A DNA stretch of 64,000 nucleotides, taken from Prasinococcaceae sp. CCMP 1430. Lineage: Eukaryota > Plantae > Prasinodermophyta. Within the stretch, counting starts at the first letter, position 1. Each line of letters starts with the position of its first letter. The DNA is taken from assembly GCA_013416795.1 (NCBI GenBank), contig RQSC01000002.1, positions 554,808 through 618,807 of the forward strand, read 5' to 3'. A model generated the notes under the pieces. That model was not told where the DNA came from. It saw only the letters and a program-made list of their open reading frames with translations, and did no database searches. Position numbers and translations under genes: made by a program. Below, one piece after another: positions 33,123 through 44,430 of this stretch.

Positions 33123-34846
33123 TTAGCGTTTGTTGCTCCTCTTGCTCCGACCACCGTTCGACGCTGAGACGCCGCCACCGCCAAACGCCGGCGTTGCGGG
33201 CGCTCCCAACGTTGGAGCGGGCGTCGCAAAGCCGCCAAAGCCGGGCGTCGCGCCGGTCGACCCGAACAGCCCACCGCCGGCTGCCGGGGCCGCCGCTCCC
33301 GAGGCGGGGGCTGCCGCAGCGCCGAAGAGCCCCCCAGCCGCCGGCGCAGCTGCCGCGCTCGTCGATCCGAACAGCCCGCCACCAGTTGTCGCTGCCGACG
33401 CGGGCGGGGCAGCAGCTGCTGTAGTGCCGAAGAGCCCCCCGGCCGCCGGCGCGGCTCCCGCACCTGTGGCTCCTCCGAACGCCCCACCGCCCGTCGCTGG
33501 CGCCGCGGCGGCAGCCGGCGCCGCAGGCGCGCCAAAGAGCGAGGTATTTGCGGCAGGGGCGGCGGAGGCGGAAGCAGGCGCTCCGCCAAAGAGGCCCCCA
33601 CCTGTCGCTGCGGCGGGAGTCGCCCCAGCAGGTGTCGCGGCACCGGCGGCGGTCGCTGTCGCTGGAGCCTGCTGCCCGGAAACTGCCGTGGCTGTGCTCC
33701 TGATGGCCTCCTCCTTTGCCCTTGCGGCGTCGCGCTGCTCCTTGCACTCCGCCTCGAAAAAGGGGTCGGTGGTGTCATCGCCTGCCCTGCGGCGCTCTGC
33801 CAGGAAGGCGTGCTTGCGCTCGTCGACTGCGGCAACCACGCTGCCTACCTTGGCCGCCACGCGCATGAGGTATTCGTTCGCCGAGCGCACGATGCGCGGC
33901 AAGTTGGCGGCAGCCTCCGCCTCGCCGCCCACGCCCCCATTCCCAACTGTCGGCGCCAGCGCCTCCTCGAGTTCGTCGGCGCTCGACGTGATAGCTCCAA
34001 CCTCGCTCTCGAAGCGACCCACGGCGCTGTCGAGCCACGGCGGAGGCAAACGCGGCGGCGCGAGCGTCTCTGGCGGAGGCTGCTGCGCAGGGGCGCCCGG
34101 CACGGACGCTGCCGCGGCCGCAGCGCGAGTCTTGAGCCGCTCGTGCAAGTAGTAGGCCCCTTCAGCCTCACGCAGCGCCCGGAGAACCTCTGTGCGGAGC
34201 GCCATCAGGCTCGTCGCCTCCGCCTCGAGCGCGGCGCGCGCAGCGCCTGCTCGCCGCAGCACCGCGCCAGTGGCCTGCCGCGCCGCGCGCGATGGCACGG
34301 CTTCCTTGAGGCGGGTCAGCCCCGCCAGGTCATCCGCCACCGCCGTGTGCTTTCGCACAGCATCGCCTAGCTGCTGCAGGTACTGCTGAGCCTCGGGCGA
34401 CAGCTCGTCGTACAACGTCGACGACTGCACCGGCAGCGCGGCCTTCGGACCGTCTTGCTTGTGTCGCAACCGTCCCTGTCGGCGTCACCGGGCGTGCGCG
34501 CACGCGGACGGGCGGGCGCAGCTGTCAGCAGGAAGCTACGCACAGCGCGGCGCACTGATGGCGGCGGGAGATCTCGCGCCACTCGCAACACTGCGCCCGG
34601 CTCAGCTGCCCCCCCGCTTCCACCGCCCAGGGCCACCCGTCCCGCCCATACCAGCAGGCGAACCCTAGAGCAGCACGGCAATCGCTCCCGGTGAGGAGAG
34701 TCGCCCACGCACCTGCTGCTGCTGCCCCAGCGGAAGAGACTGCTGCTGTGGCTGCGCACTGGGAAAAAGCGACCCCGCGGGCGCGGCCGGCGTGGCGGCG
34801 GGCGCGCCGAAGAGGCTGGTGGCCGGCGCGGCCGGCGTGCTCGCCG
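33123..34846 (-). CDS. NUP58: FG nucleoporin Nup58-like (intron 34476-34712; 5' end truncated at N 34847)
   Basis: SLFG/GLFG repeats either side of a coiled coil; TLYDELSP, RVAAKV, RRRAGDDTTDPFFEA, basic tail RSKRSNKR. Confidence 0.8.
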
Positions 34847-34972
34847 NGGCGGCCGCCGCGCGGGCGCGTGTGGTGCGCTGCTCGGGAGCGGCGGCGGCTG
34901 CGCGGCCTTTGAGGCCGTGGGTGGAGTCTCCAGGAGGTGGGCGAGGGCGTGGGCCAGAGCGGCGCTTCGGCC

Positions 34973-35563
34973 ATGGCGTCCGGTGGCGGTGGCGACTTTC
35001 ACAGCTCAAGCTATCAAGCGGCGAAGATAGCGCTGCTCATGGAGCCCGAGAAGCGGCTGGGGCTCGACGAGTGGAAGGAGAAGAAGGAGGAGGACGCGCG
35101 CGCGCGAATGGACGACGCGGAGGCGCAGATGGAGGCGTACAAACGCGAGCTCGAGCGCGACCGCGAGCGCCGCCTCGCGCGCGGCGTGAACCACCGCGAC
35201 CTCGCCGAGAAGCAGAAGGAGAAGGACCGCGAGCGCGAGCGCCGCCACAGGAAGGAAAAGAAGCACAGGCGAGAGCGGCACAGGCACCGCGAGCGCGACG
35301 CGCGGGGGCAGAGCGACAGCGACAGCGACGACAGCCGTGAGCGCCGGCGTCATAGGAAGTCGCACAAGAGCGACCGCGACCGTGATCGCAGGGACCGCGA
35401 CCGCGACCGCAAGGACAGGCACCGCAGCGGCCGCGACCGCGACCGCGACCGCGGCAGCGACCGCGGCAGGGACAAGCGCGGCGGCGACGGCGACGGCCCC
35501 GGCGGCGGCGACCAGCCCGTGCGCCTCTCCGACTTCATCAACGCCGCCGCGGACGACGCGTAG
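34973..35563 (+). CDS. Small Arg/Asp/Lys-rich nuclear protein (FAM133-like?), copy 1
   Basis: DFHSSSYQAAKIA..MEAYKRELERDRERRLARGVNH, RD repeats, terminal PVRLSDF. Confidence 0.7.
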   Translation: MASGGGGDFHSSSYQAAKIALLMEPEKRLGLDEWKEKKEEDARARMDDAEAQMEAYKRELERDRERRLARGVNHRDLAEKQKEKDRERERRHRKEKKHRRERHRHRERDARGQSDSDSDDSRERRRHRKSHKSDRDRDRRDRDRDRKDRHRSGRDRDRDRGSDRGRDKRGGDGDGPGGGDQPVRLSDFINAAADDA

Positions 35564-36507
35564 AGCGCCCGCTGGCCGGCCCTCTCGCCCGCCGGCCAGC
35601 CGGCCGGCCGCCCGCCTGGCCACCCCTCCTCTCGGGAGCGAGCGCGCGCCCCTCTCATTTTTATTTTTTTTATTTCTGCATTTTCCGCCGCGTTTTTGTG
35701 CGGCCGGCGGCCCGCCTTCGACGCCGCCATCAAAACGCACCCTGAGCGCGCCATTCGGCGACGACCACGGTCTGACGCTAGGGTTATGTCCAAAGCATCC
35801 GATGTCGCGCACTGCATACCCGGTTCGACAAGTCTGGACCGGTGTTCAGACCGGGTTCGTGACCGCGCGCGAATTCGAACCGCAGTCGCCTTGTCGGCGG
35901 CGAGCGGCAGCGGCTCGCCAGGGGCCCCCACGCCGGCGCCGCCCCGCCACCTCGCGCGCCTGGCTGCGCCGGGGGGGAGGGGTGGAGAGGGCGGGAGGGC
36001 GGGCGTCGCACATCGCACGCGCGCGCCGCTGGCACACTGATGTTCCGCTCCGCCCATGCAAAAGCCGTTTGTCCGTTCTGTCTATACGAGGCCGAGGCGC
36101 GCGCGCGCGGAGTGTGGCACCCCCATCAAACAAAAACAAAATCAAAAGAAAGAACGGACGCAACAAAACACATCACAAAATTCGAAATAAAAAAAAGGCG
36201 AGGCGTGCGCCGCACCGCGCCACAACGCGCCCGGCTGCCAGGAAGGCGGACGAGGGGGGGTGGGTGGGGGGAGACGGAGGTCCGAGTCGGGGTGGCGGGG
36301 CGGCGGCGCGCTCCGCTCGCACGCGGGGTGGGTGGGGAGTCGATCGGCGCGCGGGAATCTTTCGGGGCCGAGGCTCGGACCCGGCGGCCGCCGCGCGGGC
36401 GCGTGTGGTGCGCTGCTCGGGAGCGGCGGCGGCTGCGCGGCCTTTGAGGCCGTGGGTGGAGTCTCCAGGAGGTGGGCGAGGGCGTGGGCCAGAGCGGCGC
36501 TTCGGCC

Positions 36508-37035
36508 ATGGCGTCCGGTGGCGGTGGCGACTTTCACAGCTCAAGCTATCAAGCGGCGAAGATAGCGCTGCTCATGGAGCCCGAGAAGCGGCTGGGGCTC
36601 GACGAGTGGAAGGAGAAGAAGGAGGAGGACGCGCGCGCGCGAATGGACGACGCGGAGGCGCAGATGGAGGCGTACAAACGCGAGCTCGAGCGCGACCGCG
36701 AGCGCCGCCTCGCGCGCGGCGTGAACCACCGCGACCTCGCCGAGAAGCAGAAGGAGAAGGACCGCGAGCGCGAGCGCCGCCACAGGAAGGAAAAGAAGCA
36801 CAGGCGAGAGCGGCACAGGCACCGCGAGCGCGACGCGCGGGGGCAGAGCGACAGCGACAGCGACGACAGCCGTGAGCGCCGGCGTCATAGGAAGTCGCAC
36901 AAGAGCGACCGCGACCGTGATCGCAGGGACCGCGACCGCGACCGCAAGGACAGGCACCGCAGCGGCCGCGACCGCGACCGCGACCGCGGCAGCGACCGCG
37001 GCAGGGACAAGCGCGGCGGCGACGGCGACGGCCCC
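36508..37035 (+). CDS. Identical second copy of the preceding gene, truncated at gap
   Basis: 36383-37035 repeats 34848-35500 (offset 1535). Confidence 0.6.
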
Positions 37036-37587
37036 ACCCGCCCNNNNNNNNNNNNNNNNNNNNNNNNNNNNNNNNNNNNNNNNNNNNNNNNNNNNNNNNN
37101 NNNNNNNNNNNNNNNNNNNNNNNNNNNNNNNNNNNNNNNNNNNNNNNNNNNNNNNNNNNNNNNNNNNNNNNNNNNNNNNNNNNNNNNNNNNNNNNNNNNN
37201 NNNNNNNNNNNNNNNNNNNNNNNNNNNNNNNNNNNNNNNNNNNNNNNNNNNNNNNNNNNNNNNNNNNNNNNNNNNNNNNNNNNNNNNNNNNNNNNNNNNN
37301 NNNNNNNNNNNNNNNNNNNNNNNNNNNNNNNNNNNNNNNNNNNNNNNNNNNNNNNNNNNNNNNNNNNNNNNNNNNNNNNNNNNNNNNNNNNNNNNNNNNN
37401 NGCCGGCGACGCGCGGGGGGAGAGGGCGCGCGCGGCGCGCAGGCCCCAGCCGGTCGGGCGCTGATCGCGGCGGGGCGTGGCTGCAGGGCCCTCCGTCGGG
37501 GCGAGTGCGCCACAGCCGCGGCGGGTGCGCCGCCGCGGCGGCGGGAGCGGCTGGATCCGAAGCGGGAGTGCAGGAGGGGCTTCTGCG

Positions 37588-37776
37588 ATGGCGACCGCCC
37601 CGGCGAAGCGCAGTCCGCTCGGCGCAGCCATGTACCGCATGCGTGTGTCGCTCGCGCTCAACATGCTCAGCCCGAGCGAGGAGGTGTTGTTTTACTGTGC
37701 GGTGCTGCTCGTGGTGGGGCTGGTGGGCGTGGGCGCATTCCACGTACTCGCATACGCAGCGCTGCACCTCATCTGA
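37588..37776 (+). CDS. Serine palmitoyltransferase small subunit (SPTss) family, 62 aa
   Basis: YRMRVSLALNMLSPSEEVLFY followed by one TM helix matches the Y..V...LxML.P.E..F family pattern. Confidence 0.7.
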   Translation: MATAPAKRSPLGAAMYRMRVSLALNMLSPSEEVLFYCAVLLVVGLVGVGAFHVLAYAALHLI

Positions 37777-37878
37777 TTGGCAAGTAGCGAGGCAGGTGCT
37801 CAACGGGCGGCGCGGCGGCGTGACGAGCTCGATCTCCGAGCGCTCGGCGCGCGGGTAGCTGTGGTAGCGAGGGAAAAG

Positions 37879-39640
37879 ATGGGCAAGGATGGTGGCAATG
37901 GAAAGAAGCGGAGGAGGGCGAGTGGCGGCGCGGCGGGCGACCCGGCTGGATCGGCTGCGCCAGCTGAAATCGTGCTCGAGGCGGGCGATCGGCTCGCTCT
38001 CGACGGCGCGGCGAAGCTGACGTTGCTGGATGGCGCTATTGACGTCGGCGGGTACCGACTGCACGCTCGCGGCGCCCAGGTCGACGTCGTGGGCGCGGCC
38101 GGCTGCGCGTGCGGTGCGCTGCTAGAGCACGTTGGCTCGGCAGAGGTGCCGAGGGCGGCCGCTGAGGTGGCGCGCCTGCGCGTGGCACCGTGCGCGGACG
38201 CTGGCGCGCGTGCGCCTCGCGTGCTGCGCGCTGGAGCCATCCAGTCGGCGTGCGCGGCCGCGCGCGCACCCGACGCGTGGCGCGCTGCGATTAGCGAAGT
38301 CGTGCGCGCTGTGGCCGCCCGCGATGCGGGGGCGCCGGCACCCATCGTCGCCGTCGCGGGGCCGAAGGGAGCCGGCAAGTCGACATTCGCGAGGTGAGGG
38401 CTTCTCGCGCGCTTTGCCCGCCGCGCCCCTCGGCTGCCGCGCTGTGCTTTGCGCTTACACCCTATGCATGGTTGTGCGCTGAGCTGACGGCCCGGTGCGT
38501 AGGTTGCTCGCCAACGCGCTCCTCTCGCGTGGTGGTGGGGGCGGAGCCGGCGGCGGGAGCGGCATGGCGACTGCTGCCGATGCGCCTGTCGCCTACTTGG
38601 AGGCGGACGTCGGCCAGTGCGAATTCACACCGGCAGGGCTGATCGCACTGCACGTGCTGCGCGGGGGCTCGCCACTCACCGGCCCGCCGCACGCGCACCT
38701 ACGCGCGTGGCGCCGTGCAGCCTTTTACGGCGATACCTCCCCTAAGGCCGACGCGCGCGCACTTCCGGCGGCCGTGGCCATGCTCGCCGCCGAGGCGCGC
38801 ACGCAGCTCGCAGGCGTGCCACTTGTCGTGAACACGTGCGGCTGGGTCACTGGCGCGGGCCTCGACATCCTCAGCGATACACTGCGTGGGGTGGCGCCAA
38901 CGCACCTCGTGTCGCTTTGCCCGACCGGCGGTCGCGCCGTACTACCGCGCGGGGCCTTCTGGCTCGAGGAGGACTCGTCTGATGGCGTACGTGCTTCGGC
39001 GACTTGCCGCGTGCTCGACCTGCCGGCGCTACCGGCACCGGCGGTGGGCGCCGGCGGGAGCTGGCAGGCGGCCGACGCGCGCGCGGCGGCGGCGCTGGCG
39101 TACTTCCACGCTCCAATGGCGCACGTAGACGATGCGGGGATGCCTGCGGCTTCGATGGGGGCGGCGACAGCGCTGGCGGAAGCCGTACCATACGCGGCCC
39201 CGCGCGCGGCCCTGGGCGTGGTCTTCCTGCACGCCGAAGTGCCCCCTGAGCACGAGGCGACAGTGCTGAACGGCGCGCTGGTGGGGCTCGCTCGACCGTG
39301 GCAGGGCACCGAGGGCGTGCACGCGTATGCGCATGGCTGGCCGAAGTACGAGTGCCTAGCGCTCGGCGTGGTGAAGGCGTACGACCCCGCGCACGGCGGT
39401 GTGGTTTACGTGCACACCCCCGCGCCTCCCGAGACGCTCGCGACTGCGACCGTGCTGCTGCACGGCCGCGTTGAGCTGCCCGCGTCTGCCTACACGCCAC
39501 CCGGCATGCGCGCGGCGTATGTGCTGCCGCACGCCATCTCAACTGAGGGTGTGGGCGCCGCGCCGCAGAAGGCGCGCAACAACCTGCAGCGGGGCGGAGG
39601 CGGCGCGGGCGCCGCGCAGCAGCAGCCTGATGCGATCTGA
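37879..39640 (+). CDS. NOL9: Polynucleotide 5'-hydroxyl kinase NOL9/Grc3 (intron 38394-38502)
   Basis: Walker A GPKGAGKSTFAR/LLANALL, YLEADVGQCEFTPAG, PLVVNTCGWVTGAG, LNGALVGL, CLALGVV. Confidence 0.9.
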
Positions 39641-39829
39641 GCGTGCGCGGTGAGCGGCCCGAAGCCCCGCGTGGTCGGTCCTCCCCGGTGCCTGCCTGCC
39701 CGCTTTTCACCCCCCCGACTTTTGGTTGGGACATAATACACAGTCTGAGACATGGGATTGCACGGGTCTTATCGGCGCCGAGCCCTGCGACAGAGCGTGG
39801 CGCTCGCTGCTCGGGCGCAGAAGCAAAAA

Positions 39830-40805
39830 TCAGACGGCAACTGCCATCACTGTGCGATGGCGCGGATCGGAGGGCACCGTCTCCACCGCGCCAAATCCCA
39901 CGTCGCGCATGGTCTGCTCGAGATCGAGCAGGTAATACTCGTCGGTCCAGGGCTCGGTGGACTTCATGAGCGTGAAGAGCGCGGGCGGCAGGCCCTGGAT
40001 CACCGGCGAGCGCGGATTGTTGTCGGTGAGCACCAGCACGCCACCCGGCCGCAGCACGCGCCTCGCCTCGCGCAGGATGTCGCGCGCGGCGTGCGAGGGA
40101 AGCTCGTGAAACACGAAGGCGAACGACACGACGTCCGCGCACGCGTCCTCGAGCGGCATCGCCTCGGCACGCGCATGCAGCCAGTCGACGTTCGGGAGCG
40201 CCGCAGCCTCGCCGCGCGTGGCGGCCACAGCCAGGAAGTGAGGGCTCAAGTCCACGCCAGTCACCTTTGCGTCGGGGAACGCCTCCGCCAGCGCGCGCGT
40301 GCTGATGCCAACGCTGCACCCCACGTCGAGCACGCGCTTGACGTCACCCCATGCCATCCCCCCCGTGCCATCCGCATGGGCGCCCATGTACGCGCGCAGC
40401 GAGTCCAGCCACGAGTCGCGCAGCCGGCGCTGCGCCTGCTCCGGCGTCAGGTCCTCTTTGGGCCACACGCGCAGCGCCATCGAGTACGTCGCCGACTGCG
40501 CTTCTGAGGCCGCCTGCCAGTTCAGGTTGCCCTCGTCGTAGGCGTGGAACTCCTGCAGGTAGTAGTCGGGGTAGTTGGCGGCGACCTCGGCGTCCTCGAC
40601 CTGCTCCTTCATCGCGACGACCTCGGCGTCCTCCGCGAGCGCGGCCGCCGTCTCGCGCCAGGGGATGCCGTTCTTTTCCGCCGTCTTGATGAGCGTGTCG
40701 CGCGCCATGTACTTCATCACGCTGAACACGGGCTTGGTCGCGATGGCCAGGTTCACCGCCTTGGAGAGCATGTCGTCGGGCCCCGCCCAGTCGGGCTTGA
40801 GCTTG
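39830..40805 (-). CDS. Class I SAM-dependent methyltransferase, plastid type (5' end in gap)
   Basis: YPDYYLQEFHAYDEGNL, VLDVGCSVG, GVDLSPHFL, FVFHELP, RVLRPGG, MKSTEPW. Confidence 0.9.
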
Positions 40806-40834
40806 CCGCCCGGGCCGGCCCCCGCGCCCGCCGA

Positions 40835-40835
<1 letters not shown>

Positions 40836-40876
<41 letters not shown>
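40836..40876. repeat. (CA)n microsatellite
   Basis: Direct reading; ends at gap. Confidence 0.9.
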
Positions 40877-41240
40877 NNNNNNNNNNNNNNNNNNNNNNNN
40901 NNNNNNNNNNNNNNNNNNNNNNNNNNNNNNNNNNNNNNNNNNNNNNNNNNNNNNNNNNNNNNNNNNNNNNNNNNNNNNNNNNNNNNNNNNNNNNNNNNNN
41001 NNNNNNNNNNNNNNNNNNNNNNNNNNNNNNNNNNNNNNNNNNNNNNNNNNNNNNNNNNNNNNNNNNNNNNNNNNNNNNNNNNNNNNNNNNNNNNNNNNNN
41101 NNNNNNNNNNNNNNNNNNNNNNNNNNNNNNNNNNNNNNNNNNNNNNNNNNNNNNNNNNNNNNNNNNNNNNNNNNNNNNNNNNNNNNNNNNNNNNNNNNNN
41201 NNNNCAGTAGCCCGTGCAGCTTGCCTCGTCCGTGTCGCAG

Positions 41241-41426
41241 TGCGCGTACGCCGCGCGGCGCGCGGCGGCGGGCTTCCGCGAGCACCGCGCGAGCGCGGGC
41301 AGCACGGCCGCGGAGGCGTACGAGCTCGGCGCGGCGGAGCTGCAGGTCGCGCGCCGGCAGGGGGTGGTGTACGCGCTCTACGGTGGGCTGTATCGGCACG
41401 GACTCGAGGTGGCCGCCAAGCGGTAG
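41241..41426 (+). CDS. ISD11: LYR-motif protein ISD11/LYRM4, last exon
   Basis: AYAARRAAAGFREHR..EAYELGAAELQVARRQGVVYALY matches the ISD11 C-terminal half; first exon presumably in gap. Confidence 0.8.
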   Translation, partial: CAYAARRAAAGFREHRASAGSTAAEAYELGAAELQVARRQGVVYALYGGLYRHGLEVAAKR

Positions 41427-41438
41427 CCACGGGAGCGA

Positions 41439-41675
41439 ATGGCCTCCGCTGTGGCGATGGGCGGTGCAGGGCGCGCGCGCGGAACCGGCGGCTCCGACCT
41501 ACCGAGCAGCGGAGGCGATCGCGCCGGCGGCGGCGGGCCGCGCGCTCACCTCGCGCCGCGGCTGCTTCGCGCGTTGGGCGACGTCAAGTGCGACGCGTGT
41601 CCCCTCGGCCAGATGGAGGCGTGCGCCGCCGTGCTTGGCCTGATCGCCACCGTCGTCGCGCTTCTCGCGAGCTAG
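41439..41675 (+). CDS. Putative 78-aa protein with C-terminal hydrophobic helix
   Basis: ATG in gcgaATGG context, GC-rich third positions, KCDACP then AAVLGLIATVVALLAS-stop. Confidence 0.35.
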   Translation: MASAVAMGGAGRARGTGGSDLPSSGGDRAGGGGPRAHLAPRLLRALGDVKCDACPLGQMEACAAVLGLIATVVALLAS

Positions 41676-41727
41676 CCAGCCTGCGAGGCTGCGAGGCGCG
41701 CCGCAGGGGCGCGAGTATTTTTGCGGC

Positions 41728-41728
<1 letters not shown>

Positions 41729-41785
<57 letters not shown>
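41729..41785. repeat. (GT)n microsatellite
   Basis: Direct reading, between convergent genes. Confidence 0.95.
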
Positions 41786-41789
<4 letters not shown>

Positions 41790-41821
41790 GCTAATAAGGA
41801 CTCAAATTGCTTACGGCACCG

Positions 41822-42902
41822 CTACTGCGCCTCCGCGTCAGCGCCACCCGCCCCGTCACCCTCGCCCTGCTCCAGCGCCCACTTCGCGTACGCGACCTCG
41901 AGCTTGTCCATGAACGTGTTGGCCTGCTTCTCGAGCGCCTGGGAGAAAAGCTTGGCGCCCAAGCCCTCGATAAGCTTGACCGGCGCGGGAAACTTCTTGG
42001 GCAGCAGCATGCCCACGTCGAGCCGCAGGTCGCTGGAAAGCTCTGCATCGCCGTCGCGGCCCACCTTGACCTGTGCGTGGCAGGACAAAGGGCGTCAGCG
42101 CATGCAGACGGAGGCGCGGCGCCACACGGCCTTGCGCACGAGCGCACGAGTGCGCACGCGAGTGGGCAGGAGCGCGCGCGCGGGTAAGGGGGGCACAGAG
42201 AGAGAGAGAGAGAAAGGGCGGACGGGCGGGCGGGAGGGAGGGGGAGCGTTCGCTGCACTCGCCCGCCTCCCACGGCGCTGCTGCGGGTATACGCGCGCTC
42301 CTACCTTCACGTCGGTGGAGAGCGTCTGGTCCGACGTCATGAGCCTGAGCGCGGCGACCATCTTCGGGGGCTCGCCGTCGATTTGCGCCTCAATCTGCTC
42401 CATTCGCGCGCCGCCCTCGTCGTTGGTGATCTGCATGATCGACGTGGGGCGCAGCGTGAGGCCCGGGAATTTCATCGCGGGCGCCTGGAGGCTGTACAGG
42501 CGCACGGATGGGTCGCAGCTGCTGTCGGTGACCTCGGTGACCGTCGTGCCTGCGCCGAGCATGGTGAGGTGGCCCTCGGAGGTGCTCATGAAGTCCGTGA
42601 GGTAGGCACCGCCGGCTACCTTGCGCTTCACCCGCGCCTTGGAGCGCAGCCACACCTTCTTGCCGTTGAGGATGGCGTCCGCGGTGGCGTCCATCTGCTC
42701 CTTGGTGGGCTCCGGCCGGCCATCGGTCGCCGAGACGGTGACCGACTTGGGCACGCCGTTCTCCCCCTCCTCGACCGAGGTCACCAGCTCCGCGCCCAGG
42801 TCCCTCGCCGGCTTCTTGCTGAAGCCGCCCCCGCCGCCCCCGCGCGCTGACAAGCGAGCGGCCACCGGCACCTCTCGCCGCCGCCGCCGCCATCGCCGCC
42901 AT
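41822..42902 (-). CDS. DUF1997-like plastid protein (intron 42071-42304)
   Basis: YSLQAPAMKFPGLTLRP and C-terminal LLPKKFPAPVKLIEGLG..LEVAYAKWA resemble DUF1997; splice joins in frame; start uncertain. Confidence 0.6.
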
Positions 42903-43242
42903 CGCCCCCGCCAACACGCGCCCGGGCGCCCCTCCCCGGATTCCTCCCAAGCAGCCTCGCCCACGCCCCGCGCCCGCGCTGTGGCCAGGCCACCGCACGG
43001 CGGCAAGGCCTCCCCCATCCCCACCCCCACCCCCCTGCCTGGGCTGCTGCGCACCTCTGCGCGTGCGCAGGCGCACGCACGGGTGGCACACGCGCGCTCT
43101 CAAGCCCCCTTGCTCCTTCCGCAGGTTTTTAGGTATCGACGAGTGCAAAAACGTGCGCGATGCCGTGCGAAATGTTCGCGGATCCGTGCAATGTATCGCG
43201 ACGGGATGAAAAGTGATGGGGGTTTGGGGTGGGGTTTGGGGA

Positions 43243-43250
43243 TAGGGTTT
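43243..43250. promoter_or_regulatory. Telobox (AAACCCTA), representative site
   Basis: Exact matches at 43243, 52346, 63731; near matches at 4940, 10967, 28857, 35779, 45371, 52201, 60080, all in 5' intergenic DNA. Confidence 0.55.
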
Positions 43251-43311
43251 GTGGGGGAGTATAAAAATGCGTTATGGCGTCGTTTAATTATGGCGCGTGC
43301 CGGCGCTCGGC

Positions 43312-44430
43312 TCAGCCGCCGATGGCGGTCATGGGCCTGTTGGGCATCTGCGCGAGGTTGAACATGCCGGCGTGCTGGCGCTTCTTGCGCCCCAGCGCGC
43401 CCGCGATGAGCTCGGCCAGCCGCGCGTCGTCGGCGCCGCCGCGCATCGCGTCGCGCAGGCTGACCTCGGTGTTCCCAAACAGGCACACCTTGAAGTTTCC
43501 GTCGGCCATCAGCCGCACGCGGTTGCAGTCGTGGCAGAAGTGCTCCGTCATGGACGTCACGAAGCTCACGCTGCCCTCGTAGCCCTCCACCGCGAAGTTC
43601 TTCGCCACCTCGGAGCGCGGGTCGGCGAGCCGCGTGAGGCCGGGCACCGCCTCCATCACGCGCGCCTTCATCTCGGCGTAGGGCACCATCAGCGAGTCGT
43701 CCCAGCGGTTGCCGTCGAAGGGCATGTACTCGATGAAGCGCACGTTCACGCGCCGCCGCCGCGTGAACTCGACGAAGTCGGCGATCTCATCGTCGTTTTG
43801 GCCGCGCATGAGGACCACGTTCACCTTCACCGTGTTGACGCCCCTCGCCAGCGCGCCGTCGATGCCCTCGAGCACCCTCGAGTGCCACGCCGCCGGCCGT
43901 CGGCACATCTCCTCGAACCGCTCCGGCCGCAGCGTGTCGAGCGACACGTTGAGCGCATCGAGGCCGGCGTCGTGCAGCGCGGGCAGCTTGCGGCGCAGCG
44001 CGACGGCGTTGGTGGTCATCGCCACCCACTCAATGCCCTCGGTCGACTTAGTGCGCTCGACGATCTCCACCAGGTCGGGGCGCAGGCTCGGCTCGCCGCC
44101 GGTGAAGCGCACCTTGGTCACGCCCGCCGCCGCGAACACGCGCACCAGCCGCAGCACCTCCTCCGTCGTCAGCAGGTTTTCGTTTGGCGTGAGCTCGATG
44201 CCCCCGAGCGGCATGCAGTACGTGCACCGCAGGTTGCATCGCTCGGTGAGCGAGATGCGCAGGTAGTTGTGCATGCGCCCGAACGAGTCGGTGAGGGTCG
44301 ACGCCGGCAGCCGCGGCGTGGGCTCCGCGGCCTCGACGGGACGCAACCGCTCCGGCACCGCCGCCGCCGCCGCGGGAGGCAGCCTCCGCCGCCGCTCGCG
44401 CTCCGCTGGGACCCCGCCGGCCGCGAACTC
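43312..44430 (-). CDS. CNX2: GTP 3',8-cyclase (molybdenum cofactor biosynthesis, MoaA); 5' end in gap
   Basis: LTDSFGRMHNYLRISLTERCNLRCTYCMP, TGGEP, FIEYMPF, FCHDCNRVRL..C, C-terminal MTAIGG. Confidence 0.97.
   Translation of the reverse strand, partial: EFAAGGVPAERERRRRLPPAAAAAVPERLRPVEAAEPTPRLPASTLTDSFGRMHNYLRISLTERCNLRCTYCMPLGGIELTPNENLLTTEEVLRLVRVFAAAGVTKVRFTGGEPSLRPDLVEIVERTKSTEGIEWVAMTTNAVALRRKLPALHDAGLDALNVSLDTLRPERFEEMCRRPAAWHSRVLEGIDGALARGVNTVKVNVVLMRGQNDDEIADFVEFTRRRRVNVRFIEYMPFDGNRWDDSLMVPYAEMKARVMEAVPGLTRLADPRSEVAKNFAVEGYEGSVSFVTSMTEHFCHDCNRVRLMADGNFKVCLFGNTEVSLRDAMRGGADDARLAELIAGALGRKKRQHAGMFNLAQMPNRPMTAIGG

Noticed and set aside
37774-37776. Selenocysteine recoding of the in-frame TGA
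   Set aside because: No redox motif context, no SECIS recognised, and the upstream ORF is already a complete family-length protein
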